Virus record (IMG/VR): IMGVR_UViG_3300050034_000403
Span: 25,229 to 89,228 of that record
From: a virus
Strand: one strand, 5' to 3'
DNA length: 64,000 nucleotides
Part shown: piece by piece, positions 1 through 8,967 of the stretch
Layout of the letters: each line of letters opens with the position of its first letter
Position numbering within the stretch: position 1 is the first letter of the stretch
Notes under the pieces: model-generated
Database searches by the model: none
Seen by the model: only the letters and a program-made list of their open reading frames with translations
Told to the model about the DNA's origin: nothing
Position numbers and translations under genes: made by a program

Positions 1-903
1 CCTGGCAGCGGCCAGCGTTCCGCTTGTAATGTTGCTGGCATTCGTCGTATCCGTCGTTGCCGAGGTTGCAAGCCCAGTTACCTGCGAGGCTGTGATAGTC
101 CCCGTGAAAATCCCAGAAAAGATAGAGCTGGAAGTTGCTGCAATGAGGTTTCCGTCGCTATCCCAGGCTACAACGACATTTGTGCCCACCGTTCCTGACA
201 CGGTGGCCAATTCGGCAGTTGAGCCAGAATAGCTGAACGGAAAATCGGACGTGGTAAGACGGCGGAAAGTAGGAATCCCTGACGTCCCGTCTGGAGAGGC
301 AAACACAAGGTTTTCTGATTCACTCGCTAATGTGACCGCGAACGTGCCCGCCGTTGTGATTGGCGAACCGGAAACAGAGAAAATGCTCGGCATCGTCAAG
401 CCAACAAAGGTCACACCGCCGCTTCCGCTTCCCGTTCCGCAAGGTGACCCGGTCGACGTGAAGTTCCCATCCACGTCGGTTCCAACGCACTCGTTGGCGA
501 CAGCGCCGGGAAAAGTAGTGGCTATGCCAGCAGAACTCGGATAAGTGCTGAGCAGCGTCACAGGAGACGGATAGGTGTTTGGAGAAACGCCTCCGCTTAA
601 CACAATATCGTATGCTTGGGAGGACAAAGCATAGAGCAACCAGGACGCATCTTCATTTGCCGTAAACGGGTTTGTGAGTGGCGTACTGGAAGAATCCGAG
701 TAAATTGTCGCCAGCGTGGTCGTCCCGGTAAGGTACACCGTTACCGTGCAGTAAGGAATCAGACCTTGCTGATAGTTTGAAGAAAGCAAACCCGACACTG
801 TAGCTTGAGACGCGCCAAGGTCGCAATATCCCGAGATGGGATCAACAGCACCCATTGCGACAGCCGGCGAGATCAATAACAATGCAAGGATAAACTTCTT
901 CAC
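1..903 (-). CDS. Exported Thr/Ser/Gly-rich fibre-like protein, runs off the window edge; paralog of 915..2372
   Basis: GTG start at 903 with AGGAG RBS. Manual translation MKKFILALLLISPAVAMGAVDPISGYCDLGA...CTVTVY...NPFTANEDASWLLYA matches the N-terminal domain of 915..2372. No stop is reached before position 1, so it is absent from the ORF track. Confidence 0.75.
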   Translation of the reverse strand, partial: MKKFILALLLISPAVAMGAVDPISGYCDLGASQATVSGLLSSNYQQGLIPYCTVTVYLTGTTTLATIYSDSSSTPLTNPFTANEDASWLLYALSSQAYDIVLSGGVSPNTYPSPVTLLSTYPSSAGIATTFPGAVANECVGTDVDGNFTSTGSPCGTGSGSGGVTFVGLTMPSIFSVSGSPITTAGTFAVTLASESENLVFASPDGTSGIPTFRRLTTSDFPFSYSGSTAELATVSGTVGTNVVVAWDSDGNLIAATSSSIFSGIFTGTITASQVTGLATSATTDTTNASNITSGTLAAAR

Positions 904-914
904 GTTCTGCTCTC

Positions 915-2372
915 CTAGTTATGATGAAGATGGCACCACACGGTAGGCGTCACTGTTGCCGATGTTGCATTGTATCGGTCTACATTTTCAGCGTAGTCAA
1001 AGCCTGTTGTCCTCACTGTGTTGACGCCTGTTGAACTTCCCCAGCCTTCGGTCGTGTAGGTCGTGCACCCAATGTAGTAATCTGTGTCAGCCTGTGTAGC
1101 AACAACCGGTGAAACCCCACTGAATAGTTGCGTTCCTTGGCAATCAACGCTATTTCCCCCCACGGTCAAGGTGCATCCAGTGAAGCTGAAGTAGTAGTCG
1201 GTTCCCCCCGGGTTTACGCACCCAGAATTAGTAACGGTGCCGGCTGTCGTTGTGCAAAGAGGGTTGGTAGAAGGACCGATAGCCGACAAAATCAACGTGC
1301 CAGACAGCGTAGTCGCACCGCTAACCGCCAAGCTGGTCAGAGTGCCTAAACTGGTCAACGAAGAATTCACCACGGAGGAATTTAGCGTCGTGCCGCTCAA
1401 TGTGCCTGCCGGCGCAATCACTGCATCGGTGCTTATCGCAGTAATCAGTCCTTTGCCATTCACGGTAATCGATGGAATTGCAGTCGAGGAACCAAAGGTA
1501 CCAACGTCTGTGTTTACCGTCGCCAAAGTCAACACCAAGCTACCTGCGGAATTGGTTACATCGCCCGTATGCGCAGGTTCTGCGGCAGCGGGTAATATCG
1601 AGGACAAACTCAAAACCCCATCCGTGTCATAAAGAAAACCGGTTACGGCAGTCAAGGTAGGCAAGGTAATGTTTTCCAGCGCAACAACTGTGGTTGCGCT
1701 TTGGGTCCCGATCACATCTCCGCTTAATACTCCAGAAAATCCTGGGCCTGCCAAATACACATCCGTAATTGTTACCGGCGAAGGATAGACATAAGGCAAG
1801 ATTCCGCCGCTCATGGAAATGTCATATCCCATATTGTCCGCAGCATAAAACAGCCAAGAAGCATCGGTATTGGCCGTAAATGGGTTGGACAATACAGTAT
1901 CGCTGGAATCCGCATAGAGCGTTGCCAACGCCGGTGTCATCGTCGCGGAAACCGATGCTGTCCCCGAGCAAGTCGCTGTCCCGCTAGAAAGCGTTGCAGT
2001 TGTCGGCGCCGTGGAATAGTCGCCACCTGAAGAAATGGTGATCGCCGCCCCGCTTCCAATCGTGTTTGTGCCCGTCAGCGTAACCGTACCGACAGCGTCT
2101 GTCGTGCCCGTCAAGAATGTAACCGTGCAAGTTTGCCCTGTGGTTCCAGTTGCTGTGCCGCCGCTTGTGTAGGAAGAGTTTTTGACGGAGTAGACGGAAT
2201 CGATATACACAGTCACCGTGCAGCTCGGCACCAGGCCTTGGAAACTATTGGAAGAATTCAAGCCAGAAGTCAGCGCCTTGGTTGCGCCAAGGTCACAGTA
2301 GCCGTTCAGCGCTGTTGTCTGCGCGAATAGCGAAGTCGTGAAAAGAAAAATCGCGAATATTGTCTTTTTCAT
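915..2372 (-). CDS. Thr/Ser/Gly-rich putative tail fibre or surface protein with Sec-type signal peptide (485 aa)
   Basis: N-terminus MKKTIFAIFLFTTSLFAQ. Internal GDVT..GS..LTLATVN...GTFGS...ITVNGKGLIT and SSLTSLGTLTSL motifs are typical of phage fibres. Lies at the distal end of the structural operon. Confidence 0.6.
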   Translation of the reverse strand: MKKTIFAIFLFTTSLFAQTTALNGYCDLGATKALTSGLNSSNSFQGLVPSCTVTVYIDSVYSVKNSSYTSGGTATGTTGQTCTVTFLTGTTDAVGTVTLTGTNTIGSGAAITISSGGDYSTAPTTATLSSGTATCSGTASVSATMTPALATLYADSSDTVLSNPFTANTDASWLFYAADNMGYDISMSGGILPYVYPSPVTITDVYLAGPGFSGVLSGDVIGTQSATTVVALENITLPTLTAVTGFLYDTDGVLSLSSILPAAAEPAHTGDVTNSAGSLVLTLATVNTDVGTFGSSTAIPSITVNGKGLITAISTDAVIAPAGTLSGTTLNSSVVNSSLTSLGTLTSLAVSGATTLSGTLILSAIGPSTNPLCTTTAGTVTNSGCVNPGGTDYYFSFTGCTLTVGGNSVDCQGTQLFSGVSPVVATQADTDYYIGCTTYTTEGWGSSTGVNTVRTTGFDYAENVDRYNATSATVTPTVWCHLHHN

Positions 2373-2378
2373 GATTCC

Positions 2379-2813
2379 TTAATAAACTCTGCGCGCTGTG
2401 AGACTTCCGTACGCCGATACCGTACCCGCCGTGAACGTTGCCTCGGCAACCAAATAAACCATCGTTGTAGACGTGATATTGATGACCTTGCGCGGAATGG
2501 TGACCGTGGCATTAAACGTAGTTGTTGCAATCGCTGCTGGCGTTGCAAAAAATGCTTCCGTTCCATCCGTAGGAAGAGTGGCCGTTGTTGTGCTAATTCC
2601 ACCTTCCCAAGCGGCGGAGATCACAAACGTAGCCGACGTAGCCATGAAGGTGATTTGTCCCGTCACATCCCAATTGCCTACGGTAAGCTCGATTGATGCA
2701 ACATCGGCTGGTGTCGCCGTAGTCAACGAAATTGCTGAATCAGAAGCGATCGATCCATCAATGGTTTTTGTTTTCACGCTTCCGTAATTTGCAACTTGGG
2801 CCAATCCGCTCAT
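2379..2813 (-). CDS. Putative virion protein (beta-rich, 144 aa)
   Basis: Tightly packed in the structural operon; composition. Confidence 0.5.
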   Translation of the reverse strand: MSGLAQVANYGSVKTKTIDGSIASDSAISLTTATPADVASIELTVGNWDVTGQITFMATSATFVISAAWEGGISTTTATLPTDGTEAFFATPAAIATTTFNATVTIPRKVINITSTTMVYLVAEATFTAGTVSAYGSLTARRVY

Positions 2814-2817
2814 GCTT

Positions 2818-3195
2818 TTACCTCGTTAACAAAACAGTGATGGCTACAGCATTGGTTAACGTAACCACTTGCACACGCACAAACTTTGCCCAGAAAGATG
2901 GCAATTCGATCCGGCCGACATAGGAAGAATTCAACCCGTCAGTCAACGTGTTGATGGTGACGTAGTGCGTATCTTCGTCCGTATCCGCAGTTTCAACGTC
3001 CACTTCAAACGTTCCTGGATCGGCGCTAAACGCAAATTCCAGCGACATGCCCCACGGATAAAATGCACCGCGTTCCCGACGAAGCTGGTAGGCAATGCTT
3101 GCGACTCCAGCCGCTACCGTTTCGTTTTGGAAGAGAAACACTTGGCGATTCTCGTAAAGAAGCTGCGCTCTTGATGTCCCTGCATAACCGGGCAT
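2818..3195 (-). CDS. Putative virion protein
   Basis: ORF 2818..3210; likely start MPGYAG at 3195, just after the upstream stop. Confidence 0.5.
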   Translation of the reverse strand: MPGYAGTSRAQLLYENRQVFLFQNETVAAGVASIAYQLRRERGAFYPWGMSLEFAFSADPGTFEVDVETADTDEDTHYVTINTLTDGLNSSYVGRIELPSFWAKFVRVQVVTLTNAVAITVLLTR

Positions 3196-3197
3196 TG

Positions 3198-4211
3198 TTA
3201 ATCCCCCCATCCGCCGACATTTAATTGGCCTTCGACGGTGCTGTACGGTTCACCAAATGCCGATGGGAACCGCTGCATTTTGGTGAAGTAAAGATCCACG
3301 AGGTTCTTGTCCATCACGCGGATAATTCTCAAGCGATCGCTATATTCAGCGCGCGCAGCCTGCGTGAGGAATTGCCAGTTTGCACCGGCGCCGCGCTCCA
3401 TCTCGTCGCCCTTTTGCGATTCCTTCCACAGGTAGAGCATCTCGTAGGCGCGCAGCTTCACCAGTTCTTCCGTCAGAGGAAATGGCAACGTGTCGGAGTT
3501 CTTGACCAGCGGCGGCCAATTCACTTGGCAACCAAAGGTGTACGGCAACTGCGAAATCGGATGTGGCCACAGTTCATAAAGCATCTGGCCCAATGTCGCC
3601 GATCCTGGCCGAGTATCTTGGGCATAAGGAACAACGTAGAGCGGCTCGTCGAAATCGGTTCGCTCCGCGTCTTCGTTGGCCAAATCGATCTGCGTCTTGC
3701 TCCACCAGTCCAACTGGTTGTTGTTGGTGGTGTCGCGGACGTTGTACCAGCGTTTAAAGCCAGCCGGTGCTGGATAGTAGGCCTGATAGGCCATGTAGGT
3801 GCCGTTGGTTTGCTTAGGTTCCATCCACGGTCGATCAATCGTCAGCACTACCGCAGAAGTATCCGTCGAATCCAACGAGATGATGGAGTAGAGCGAATAG
3901 TAAGGAACGCGGATCTGGTACTGCGTGATCAATGGAGGATTGGTGATCGTGGCCAGCCACGCGGCCGAGGCAATCGCGTCACCGGTGATCGTGTTCGTGA
4001 AAGGTGTCACCGTAATCGTTCCAGGGCTAAGAAACGTGCGCGTCGGCGCACCCAACAACGACGGCGTCAGCCATCCACCCGTCTGCAACTGGAACGACCA
4101 CACGTTTTCGTTTTGAATCGTGGCATATGATTCATTGATCTTGGTTTTGACCAAGCCGAGGTTGCAACCGGGAATCCCGAGCAACTCCTGGATCATGTTG
4201 AAAAAAGCCAC
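3198..4211 (-). CDS. Putative head-tail adaptor / tail tubular protein
   Basis: 337 aa downstream of the capsid genes; a YELWPHP-type motif and helical C-terminus resemble podovirus adaptors (inference). Confidence 0.45.
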   Translation of the reverse strand: MAFFNMIQELLGIPGCNLGLVKTKINESYATIQNENVWSFQLQTGGWLTPSLLGAPTRTFLSPGTITVTPFTNTITGDAIASAAWLATITNPPLITQYQIRVPYYSLYSIISLDSTDTSAVVLTIDRPWMEPKQTNGTYMAYQAYYPAPAGFKRWYNVRDTTNNNQLDWWSKTQIDLANEDAERTDFDEPLYVVPYAQDTRPGSATLGQMLYELWPHPISQLPYTFGCQVNWPPLVKNSDTLPFPLTEELVKLRAYEMLYLWKESQKGDEMERGAGANWQFLTQAARAEYSDRLRIIRVMDKNLVDLYFTKMQRFPSAFGEPYSTVEGQLNVGGWGD

Positions 4212-4220
4212 GTTTCACTC

Positions 4221-4508
4221 CTACTTTCTTGAAGTCCGCTTCGCCGTTCTCTTCGTTCCACGCTTGGCACGTGTTCTGTCCGGTGCCGCAAAGCTACGAA
4301 CCGTAATTTCTCTGCGGATACGGCTTTTGTTGCCTCTCGACTTGGAACGCTCTGGGCCATACAAAGCGCCAAAGCCTTTTTCTGCCTTAACGTCTTTTGT
4401 CTCCGTATAGGGACGTTTGGTGCCGGCTTCAGACAGTTGGTGATACGCGCCGCGCTTAAACCGCCGTCTGCCGTGAAGAACCAGTTCCGTATTTTTTGAT
4501 TCCGCCAT
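4221..4508 (-). CDS. Small basic Arg/Lys-rich protein
   Basis: 95 aa, AGGAGG RBS, very basic C-terminus. Confidence 0.55.
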   Translation of the reverse strand: MAESKNTELVLHGRRRFKRGAYHQLSEAGTKRPYTETKDVKAEKGFGALYGPERSKSRGNKSRIRREITVRSFAAPDRTRAKRGTKRTAKRTSRK

Positions 4509-4634
4509 TTTCCCTCCTAATCGCCAGACGACAAGTTCGCATTCTGTTTACCAAGCCAAAGTTGCAACTGAAAATAATGTCTCTGACCGTGTAAAATGGA
4601 AAGCTGCTAAGATTGATTTCCACGCAAGCGAGGC

Positions 4635-5192
4635 TTGTTTATGCAACCTTTGCGCCAAAAAGTAATTCAACCCGAGAATCAATCTATTAAATTGATTCCG
4701 CTTACTAAAAACCAAGTTGCTATCGTTGACGCGCACTGGTTCGAGGCACTTAATCGATTCAATTGGTGCGCTTCCTGGGACAAACGAGCACAGACGTTTT
4801 ACGCTTCCCGGTATGCCGTTGTGGACGGAAAAGAGACTAGTGTCCTGATGCACCGTGTTATTGCTGGAGATGATTTTCCACATGTTGATCACCGAAACCG
4901 AAACGGTTTGGACAATCGGGAAGAAAATCTTCGTAAATGCAGTTGCTCTCAAAATGGCGCAAATTGTGGAAAGCGCAAGAACAACACCACGGGCTTTAAA
5001 GGCGTGTATGCAATCAAAGGAACTGCAAAGTTTGCGGCTTCCATAAAGTTTCACGGAAAAACAAAAAGTCTTGGGAGATTCCGAAGTAAAGAACTTGCCG
5101 CACGTGCCTACGATCGTGCAGCTATTCTTTTCTTCGGCGAATTTGCATCCCCAAATTTTCCGCATTCCGATTACTCCATACCTATTACGTGA
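4635..5192 (+). CDS. HNH-AP2 homing endonuclease, inverted within the structural operon
   Basis: HNH_3 motif MHRVI...VDHRNRNGLDNREENLR plus AP2 domain (GFKGV...LGRF...AARAYDRAA..FFGEFA..NF). Confidence 0.9.
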   Translation: MFMQPLRQKVIQPENQSIKLIPLTKNQVAIVDAHWFEALNRFNWCASWDKRAQTFYASRYAVVDGKETSVLMHRVIAGDDFPHVDHRNRNGLDNREENLRKCSCSQNGANCGKRKNNTTGFKGVYAIKGTAKFAASIKFHGKTKSLGRFRSKELAARAYDRAAILFFGEFASPNFPHSDYSIPIT

Positions 5193-5196
5193 TACC

Positions 5197-5236
5197 AAAA
5201 GCGGCTCTGCAGATCGCTCCGCAAGAGCCGCTTTTG
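5197..5236. terminator. Bidirectional intrinsic terminator between convergent genes
   Basis: CAAAAGCGGCTCT...AGAGCCGCTTTTG hairpin with A and T tracts on either side. Confidence 0.7.
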
Positions 5237-5259
5237 TGCCTTCGGGAGAGAAGACCTCG

Positions 5260-6267
5260 TTAAAACTGTCCGACAAATGCGCTGAGTTGGACTGCTTCTC
5301 CGGATAAATTCTGGCCAGATACAACCTCTGTTCCAACTGAAGATGCTGCGCTAACAGTCACAGCGGTAGCTCCCGCAATGGCGACTGCGCCTGTCGTGAC
5401 AAGTGCTCTGCCATTGAGTGTGCCGCCACCAAGAGTAATTCCGCTTACTGCCAGAATGTTTCCGTTCACCGTCGAAGTCGCTACCGAAGTAAAAGCGCTT
5501 CCAGCCACAAAAACCACATTCGCGGCCTGTGCACCATTGACCAATGCAATTGTCTGTCCACTGGCAAGATTGATCGTCGATCCTGCCACAAAAACAAACA
5601 CAGCACTGGAGTTATTCTGCGCATCCAGAATGATGCCTGTAGGCATCGTCAAGCTGGTCGACCCAAAATAGTTGCCTGCCGTGTACGTCGCTGCCGTCGA
5701 ACCATTGCCACCCGTGCTTAGGTTGGTAAGTCCGGACAGGGTCGGCGTCAATCCCTGGTAGTAGATGATTGCCGCTGTCAATGCAGTCTGGGCGGCAGAC
5801 GCAGCAGCATTGTCAATCACTGCGGGAGAGGTCAGAGTGCCTGGAGGGAAACCACTAATACTCGTGGTCGGATAGCTTCCAATGTTTCCACCCGTAATGA
5901 CTGAACTTCCCACATTCGTGATGCCGGAATATGCCAGCAATGCATAGTTAGCGGCAGTGCCAAGACGTGTCGTGACAACAGAACCACCGGCGCTGGTGCT
6001 TGCAGCAAACCACCGCAAATACCATTGCTGACGGGCGCCAGTTCCCGTGGGGTCAGCATAAACCACGTAATTTTTGCTTAAACTTATTACGCCACCGATA
6101 AGCACATCGATGTAGTAGTTCGTCAGGGCCAGTGTCACCAGATCTCCCGTGCCGGCAACGTAGGACACGGGACCAGTGCCACTTCCAACAAAGAGTCCCC
6201 GCCGTCCAGCAAAGTCTGGATAGAGTGGACCGGCACCGGTACCTTTTCCAATTGCTGTGAGAATCAC
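5260..6267 (-). CDS. Head decoration protein paralog with an inserted DUF3494 ice-binding domain
   Basis: Central region LGTAANYALLAYSGITNVG...IILDAQNNSSAVFVF..GS...LVNGAQAANVVF..GS...GNILA..GITL...LNGRAL is the DUF3494 signature. Both termini are near-identical to 6289..6648. Confidence 0.85.
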   Translation of the reverse strand: MILTAIGKGTGAGPLYPDFAGRRGLFVGSGTGPVSYVAGTGDLVTLALTNYYIDVLIGGVISLSKNYVVYADPTGTGARQQWYLRWFAASTSAGGSVVTTRLGTAANYALLAYSGITNVGSSVITGGNIGSYPTTSISGFPPGTLTSPAVIDNAAASAAQTALTAAIIYYQGLTPTLSGLTNLSTGGNGSTAATYTAGNYFGSTSLTMPTGIILDAQNNSSAVFVFVAGSTINLASGQTIALVNGAQAANVVFVAGSAFTSVATSTVNGNILAVSGITLGGGTLNGRALVTTGAVAIAGATAVTVSAASSVGTEVVSGQNLSGEAVQLSAFVGQF

Positions 6268-6288
6268 GATGACTCCTTGCTTCGGTTA

Positions 6289-6648
6289 TTAAAACTGGCC
6301 GACGAATGCACCAAGCTGAACCGACTCGCCCGAAAGATTCGTTGTGCTTGTCACTTCAGCCCCAACTGTGCCAGCAGTGGCCAAAGCGACAAACCAGCGG
6401 AGATACCACTGCTGTCGCGCACCAGTTCCTGCGGGATTCGGGTAAACCACATACTTACCGCTCACGCTTGTCACGCCACCGAGAAGAGCATCGATGTAGT
6501 AGTTCGGCAGGTTCAGCGTCACCAGATCCCCTGTGCCAAGGACATAGGACGCGGGGCCAGTACCACTCCCGACAAAGGTCGCGCGTCGACCGATAAAGTC
6601 TGGATAAAGTGGACCGCCGCCGCCTTTTGTGATCGCTGTAAGAACCAT
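6289..6648 (-). CDS. Small head decoration / virion protein
   Basis: ORF 6289..6666; likely start MVLTAI after the AAGGAG RBS; two genes downstream of the major capsid gene. Confidence 0.55.
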   Translation of the reverse strand: MVLTAITKGGGGPLYPDFIGRRATFVGSGTGPASYVLGTGDLVTLNLPNYYIDALLGGVTSVSGKYVVYPNPAGTGARQQWYLRWFVALATAGTVGAEVTSTTNLSGESVQLGAFVGQF

Positions 6649-6719
6649 GATTGCTCCTTGCTGCAATGACTCGATGACAATGTGCAGGGACGAGCATTGC
6701 TGCCCGTCCCCAACCGTAA

Positions 6720-7562
6720 TTAGTCCTGAACCACCGGCACGTATTGCAACTCGACCTTGAAGAGCTGGGATGCAATCGGCGTGTCGATAGCTACGCCAAT
6801 CGTTGATCCAACGGGCGACCCAGTAGATGCCGTTGTGGCTACAGTTCCGCCGGTTGCTACGTTCACATAGCCTCCAGGGCTGTTTCCAGGTCCAATGGTC
6901 CCGTTACCCAGCACCGTCGCCGTGCCCAGTTCCTGAATGAATCCGTAGTTGCCAGGCGTAATCGAATTCAGGTACACGACTGGGCGAACTGGAATGGCTG
7001 TGCCAGCAGCAACCTGATCAAAGCTGGTCACCAAGTTCGGCGTGGTGCTCAGCTGCGCCACCACCGTGCCAACCGTGCCGCCAGTGACAAGTGTGAAGGT
7101 CGGGGGTGTCGAGTAGCCGTAGCCACCCAGCAACACCGTCGCCGAGGTCACCGTGCCGCCCGAGCCGACTGCCACCTGAATCAAAGCACCGCTTCCACCG
7201 CCACTACCCACCGTGGCTGCGACGTTATAGGTGCCTGCCGTCTGACCAGAACCCGCACCTGTAATCACGACCGACTGCACAGTAGTGCCAGCGCGCAGGT
7301 AACCGACAGTGCCGGTCTTGACGTTGGCCGCAGTTGCACCCGAGTCAACCTGCACAAGGCGGTAGCGACCGGAGAACAGAGTGCCGTTGGTCGTGTATGA
7401 CGCCTGAAACGCTTCCTGGTTGGTCGCGTCAAAGAAGTCACCAAGATTCAGGCCACCGGCAGCGAACGGTTGACCGGTACGGACGTCCGTAAGCCCGGTC
7501 GGCGAAGTGAAGTTAGCGTTGTTCCATGCCAACCATGTAGGCAAAATAGGCTGAAAAGGCAT
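6720..7562 (-). CDS. Putative capsid cement / decoration protein (280 aa)
   Basis: Directly downstream of the major capsid gene; Gly/Thr-rich beta composition; NYGFIQ..G motif. Confidence 0.55.
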   Translation of the reverse strand: MPFQPILPTWLAWNNANFTSPTGLTDVRTGQPFAAGGLNLGDFFDATNQEAFQASYTTNGTLFSGRYRLVQVDSGATAANVKTGTVGYLRAGTTVQSVVITGAGSGQTAGTYNVAATVGSGGGSGALIQVAVGSGGTVTSATVLLGGYGYSTPPTFTLVTGGTVGTVVAQLSTTPNLVTSFDQVAAGTAIPVRPVVYLNSITPGNYGFIQELGTATVLGNGTIGPGNSPGGYVNVATGGTVATTASTGSPVGSTIGVAIDTPIASQLFKVELQYVPVVQD

Positions 7563-7571
7563 TCCGTCCTC

Positions 7572-8804
7572 CTATGCCGTAAATCCAAACGCGTAATTGG
7601 AATGACGCGGCTGCACGTTGTACAGATTGATACCCAACCGCATGAACAAAGCGTCGATGCTGACGTTGTTCGGCATCGGGGCGCGACGAAGGCCAAAGTT
7701 CCAGCCCTTTTTGTTGGTCGGCCGAATCTTGAAGCTTTCCGGCTCCAAGAAGTACAAAACTTCCGAAGGCTGAATCGTGGTGAGCGAAGGCAGGCCGGAA
7801 CCAGTCGGCGAGACAGTGACGGCCGCACCGTTCTTGGTGAACTGCGGAGTTGTGAACGCCACGGTCGTGGTGCTCGATCCAACGCCATCTGCCAAGTTCG
7901 TGTTGCCAGCCGCACCGTTTGCCGGAGCCAGCTCAATGAAGTTCTGAGCCTGCGCCGAAGGAGCCAGCGGGTCAGCGTAAATATCCACGCCGTTGAAGTT
8001 CAAACCATCCCACTTGATGTCGTGGCGAGTGTTCGAAATATCGCGGCGCTGCGCATCGAGCGCAACGGCAATGGCCTTGAATCCGAAAACGTTGGTGATA
8101 CCCAGCGTCGGATTGCCGCCCGTCACCTTGCACTGCGACCACAACTGCATCAAGGCAGCAAAATCAATCTGCCCCGTGCCACCTGTCGAGGTGCCCAGGT
8201 AAAGCGGCGTCGAGTTCAGCGCGGTTCCGATGTTTCCGTTGCGCGCCTGGCCACCGTAGTTCGCGTAGATGTTGCCATACACGGACGGATCGATGCCGTT
8301 ATTCAGAGCTTCATCCAGACCATTGATGGTCTTGATGCGATTGTCCTGAATCGTCGCGGCAGAGGCTTGGCCGTGGCGGAACGAATCCATCTCCTGCATG
8401 GTGTTCATGGTCATCACCATGGCTTCCATGTAGAGCTGGTACTCGTCGACAATCTTCGACGGACCGGAGTTAATCACACCACCGGTGCCGGAACCGTCAT
8501 CCATCTCCCAGTCGTCCAGCGGATACCAAGTGGCATACGCCTTCGGCAGGAATTTGATGCCGGTGTTGATCTGCTGGCGAGTCACGGTAACAGTCTGGCC
8601 GGGATTCACCGCAGCGCCCTGAGTGCGCCCGTAGAGAATGCCTTCCATCATGCCCGCGCCGCCCAGGAATTCATCCCACACACCGGCTCGGCGGAGCTTC
8701 GCCTGGAAAGGAGTGTCCACGAACAAGTTGTTGAATACTACATTCTTGCGGACACTTTCCAAGTTAGATGCGTCAATTTCGTTATACAATGGGTCCGTAG
8801 GCAT
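7572..8804 (-). CDS. Major capsid protein (410 aa)
   Basis: Size, position after the scaffold, HK97-fold-like pattern (INGL..., FNGVDIYAD.., LYFL, C-terminal PRHS) and strong codon bias. Confidence 0.8.
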   Translation of the reverse strand: MPTDPLYNEIDASNLESVRKNVVFNNLFVDTPFQAKLRRAGVWDEFLGGAGMMEGILYGRTQGAAVNPGQTVTVTRQQINTGIKFLPKAYATWYPLDDWEMDDGSGTGGVINSGPSKIVDEYQLYMEAMVMTMNTMQEMDSFRHGQASAATIQDNRIKTINGLDEALNNGIDPSVYGNIYANYGGQARNGNIGTALNSTPLYLGTSTGGTGQIDFAALMQLWSQCKVTGGNPTLGITNVFGFKAIAVALDAQRRDISNTRHDIKWDGLNFNGVDIYADPLAPSAQAQNFIELAPANGAAGNTNLADGVGSSTTTVAFTTPQFTKNGAAVTVSPTGSGLPSLTTIQPSEVLYFLEPESFKIRPTNKKGWNFGLRRAPMPNNVSIDALFMRLGINLYNVQPRHSNYAFGFTA

Positions 8805-8870
8805 ATCTGGTTTCCTTTCAGCGACTTACGCTGCATTCTCCGTTTCGAGAACTTTCGATTGCTCAAACAA

Positions 8871-8937
8871 AAATGGCCCAAGCCATTTCTGGGCTTGAGC
8901 CATTGCTGATTCCCTCGAAAGGGGGGCATGCGTCTCG
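8871..8937 (-). promoter_or_regulatory. Conserved two-hairpin late-gene leader element, copy 1 (before the major capsid gene)
   Basis: Near-identical to 10531..10598 and 16379..16448. Confidence 0.7.
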
Positions 8938-8967
8938 ACTGATCTTCACGTCTTCAAACTGCAAAAA

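Noticed and set aside
4548-5336. 262-aa minus-strand ORF that would keep the operon co-oriented
   Set aside because: The plus-strand frame has clear HNH and AP2 motifs; the minus frame has no recognisable features.
7470-8909. Long plus-strand ORFs opposite structural and replication genes (for example 7470..8909, 3225..4130, 10869..11948, 53294..53938)
   Set aside because: Antisense shadows of codon-biased minus-strand genes, with no motifs or RBS.
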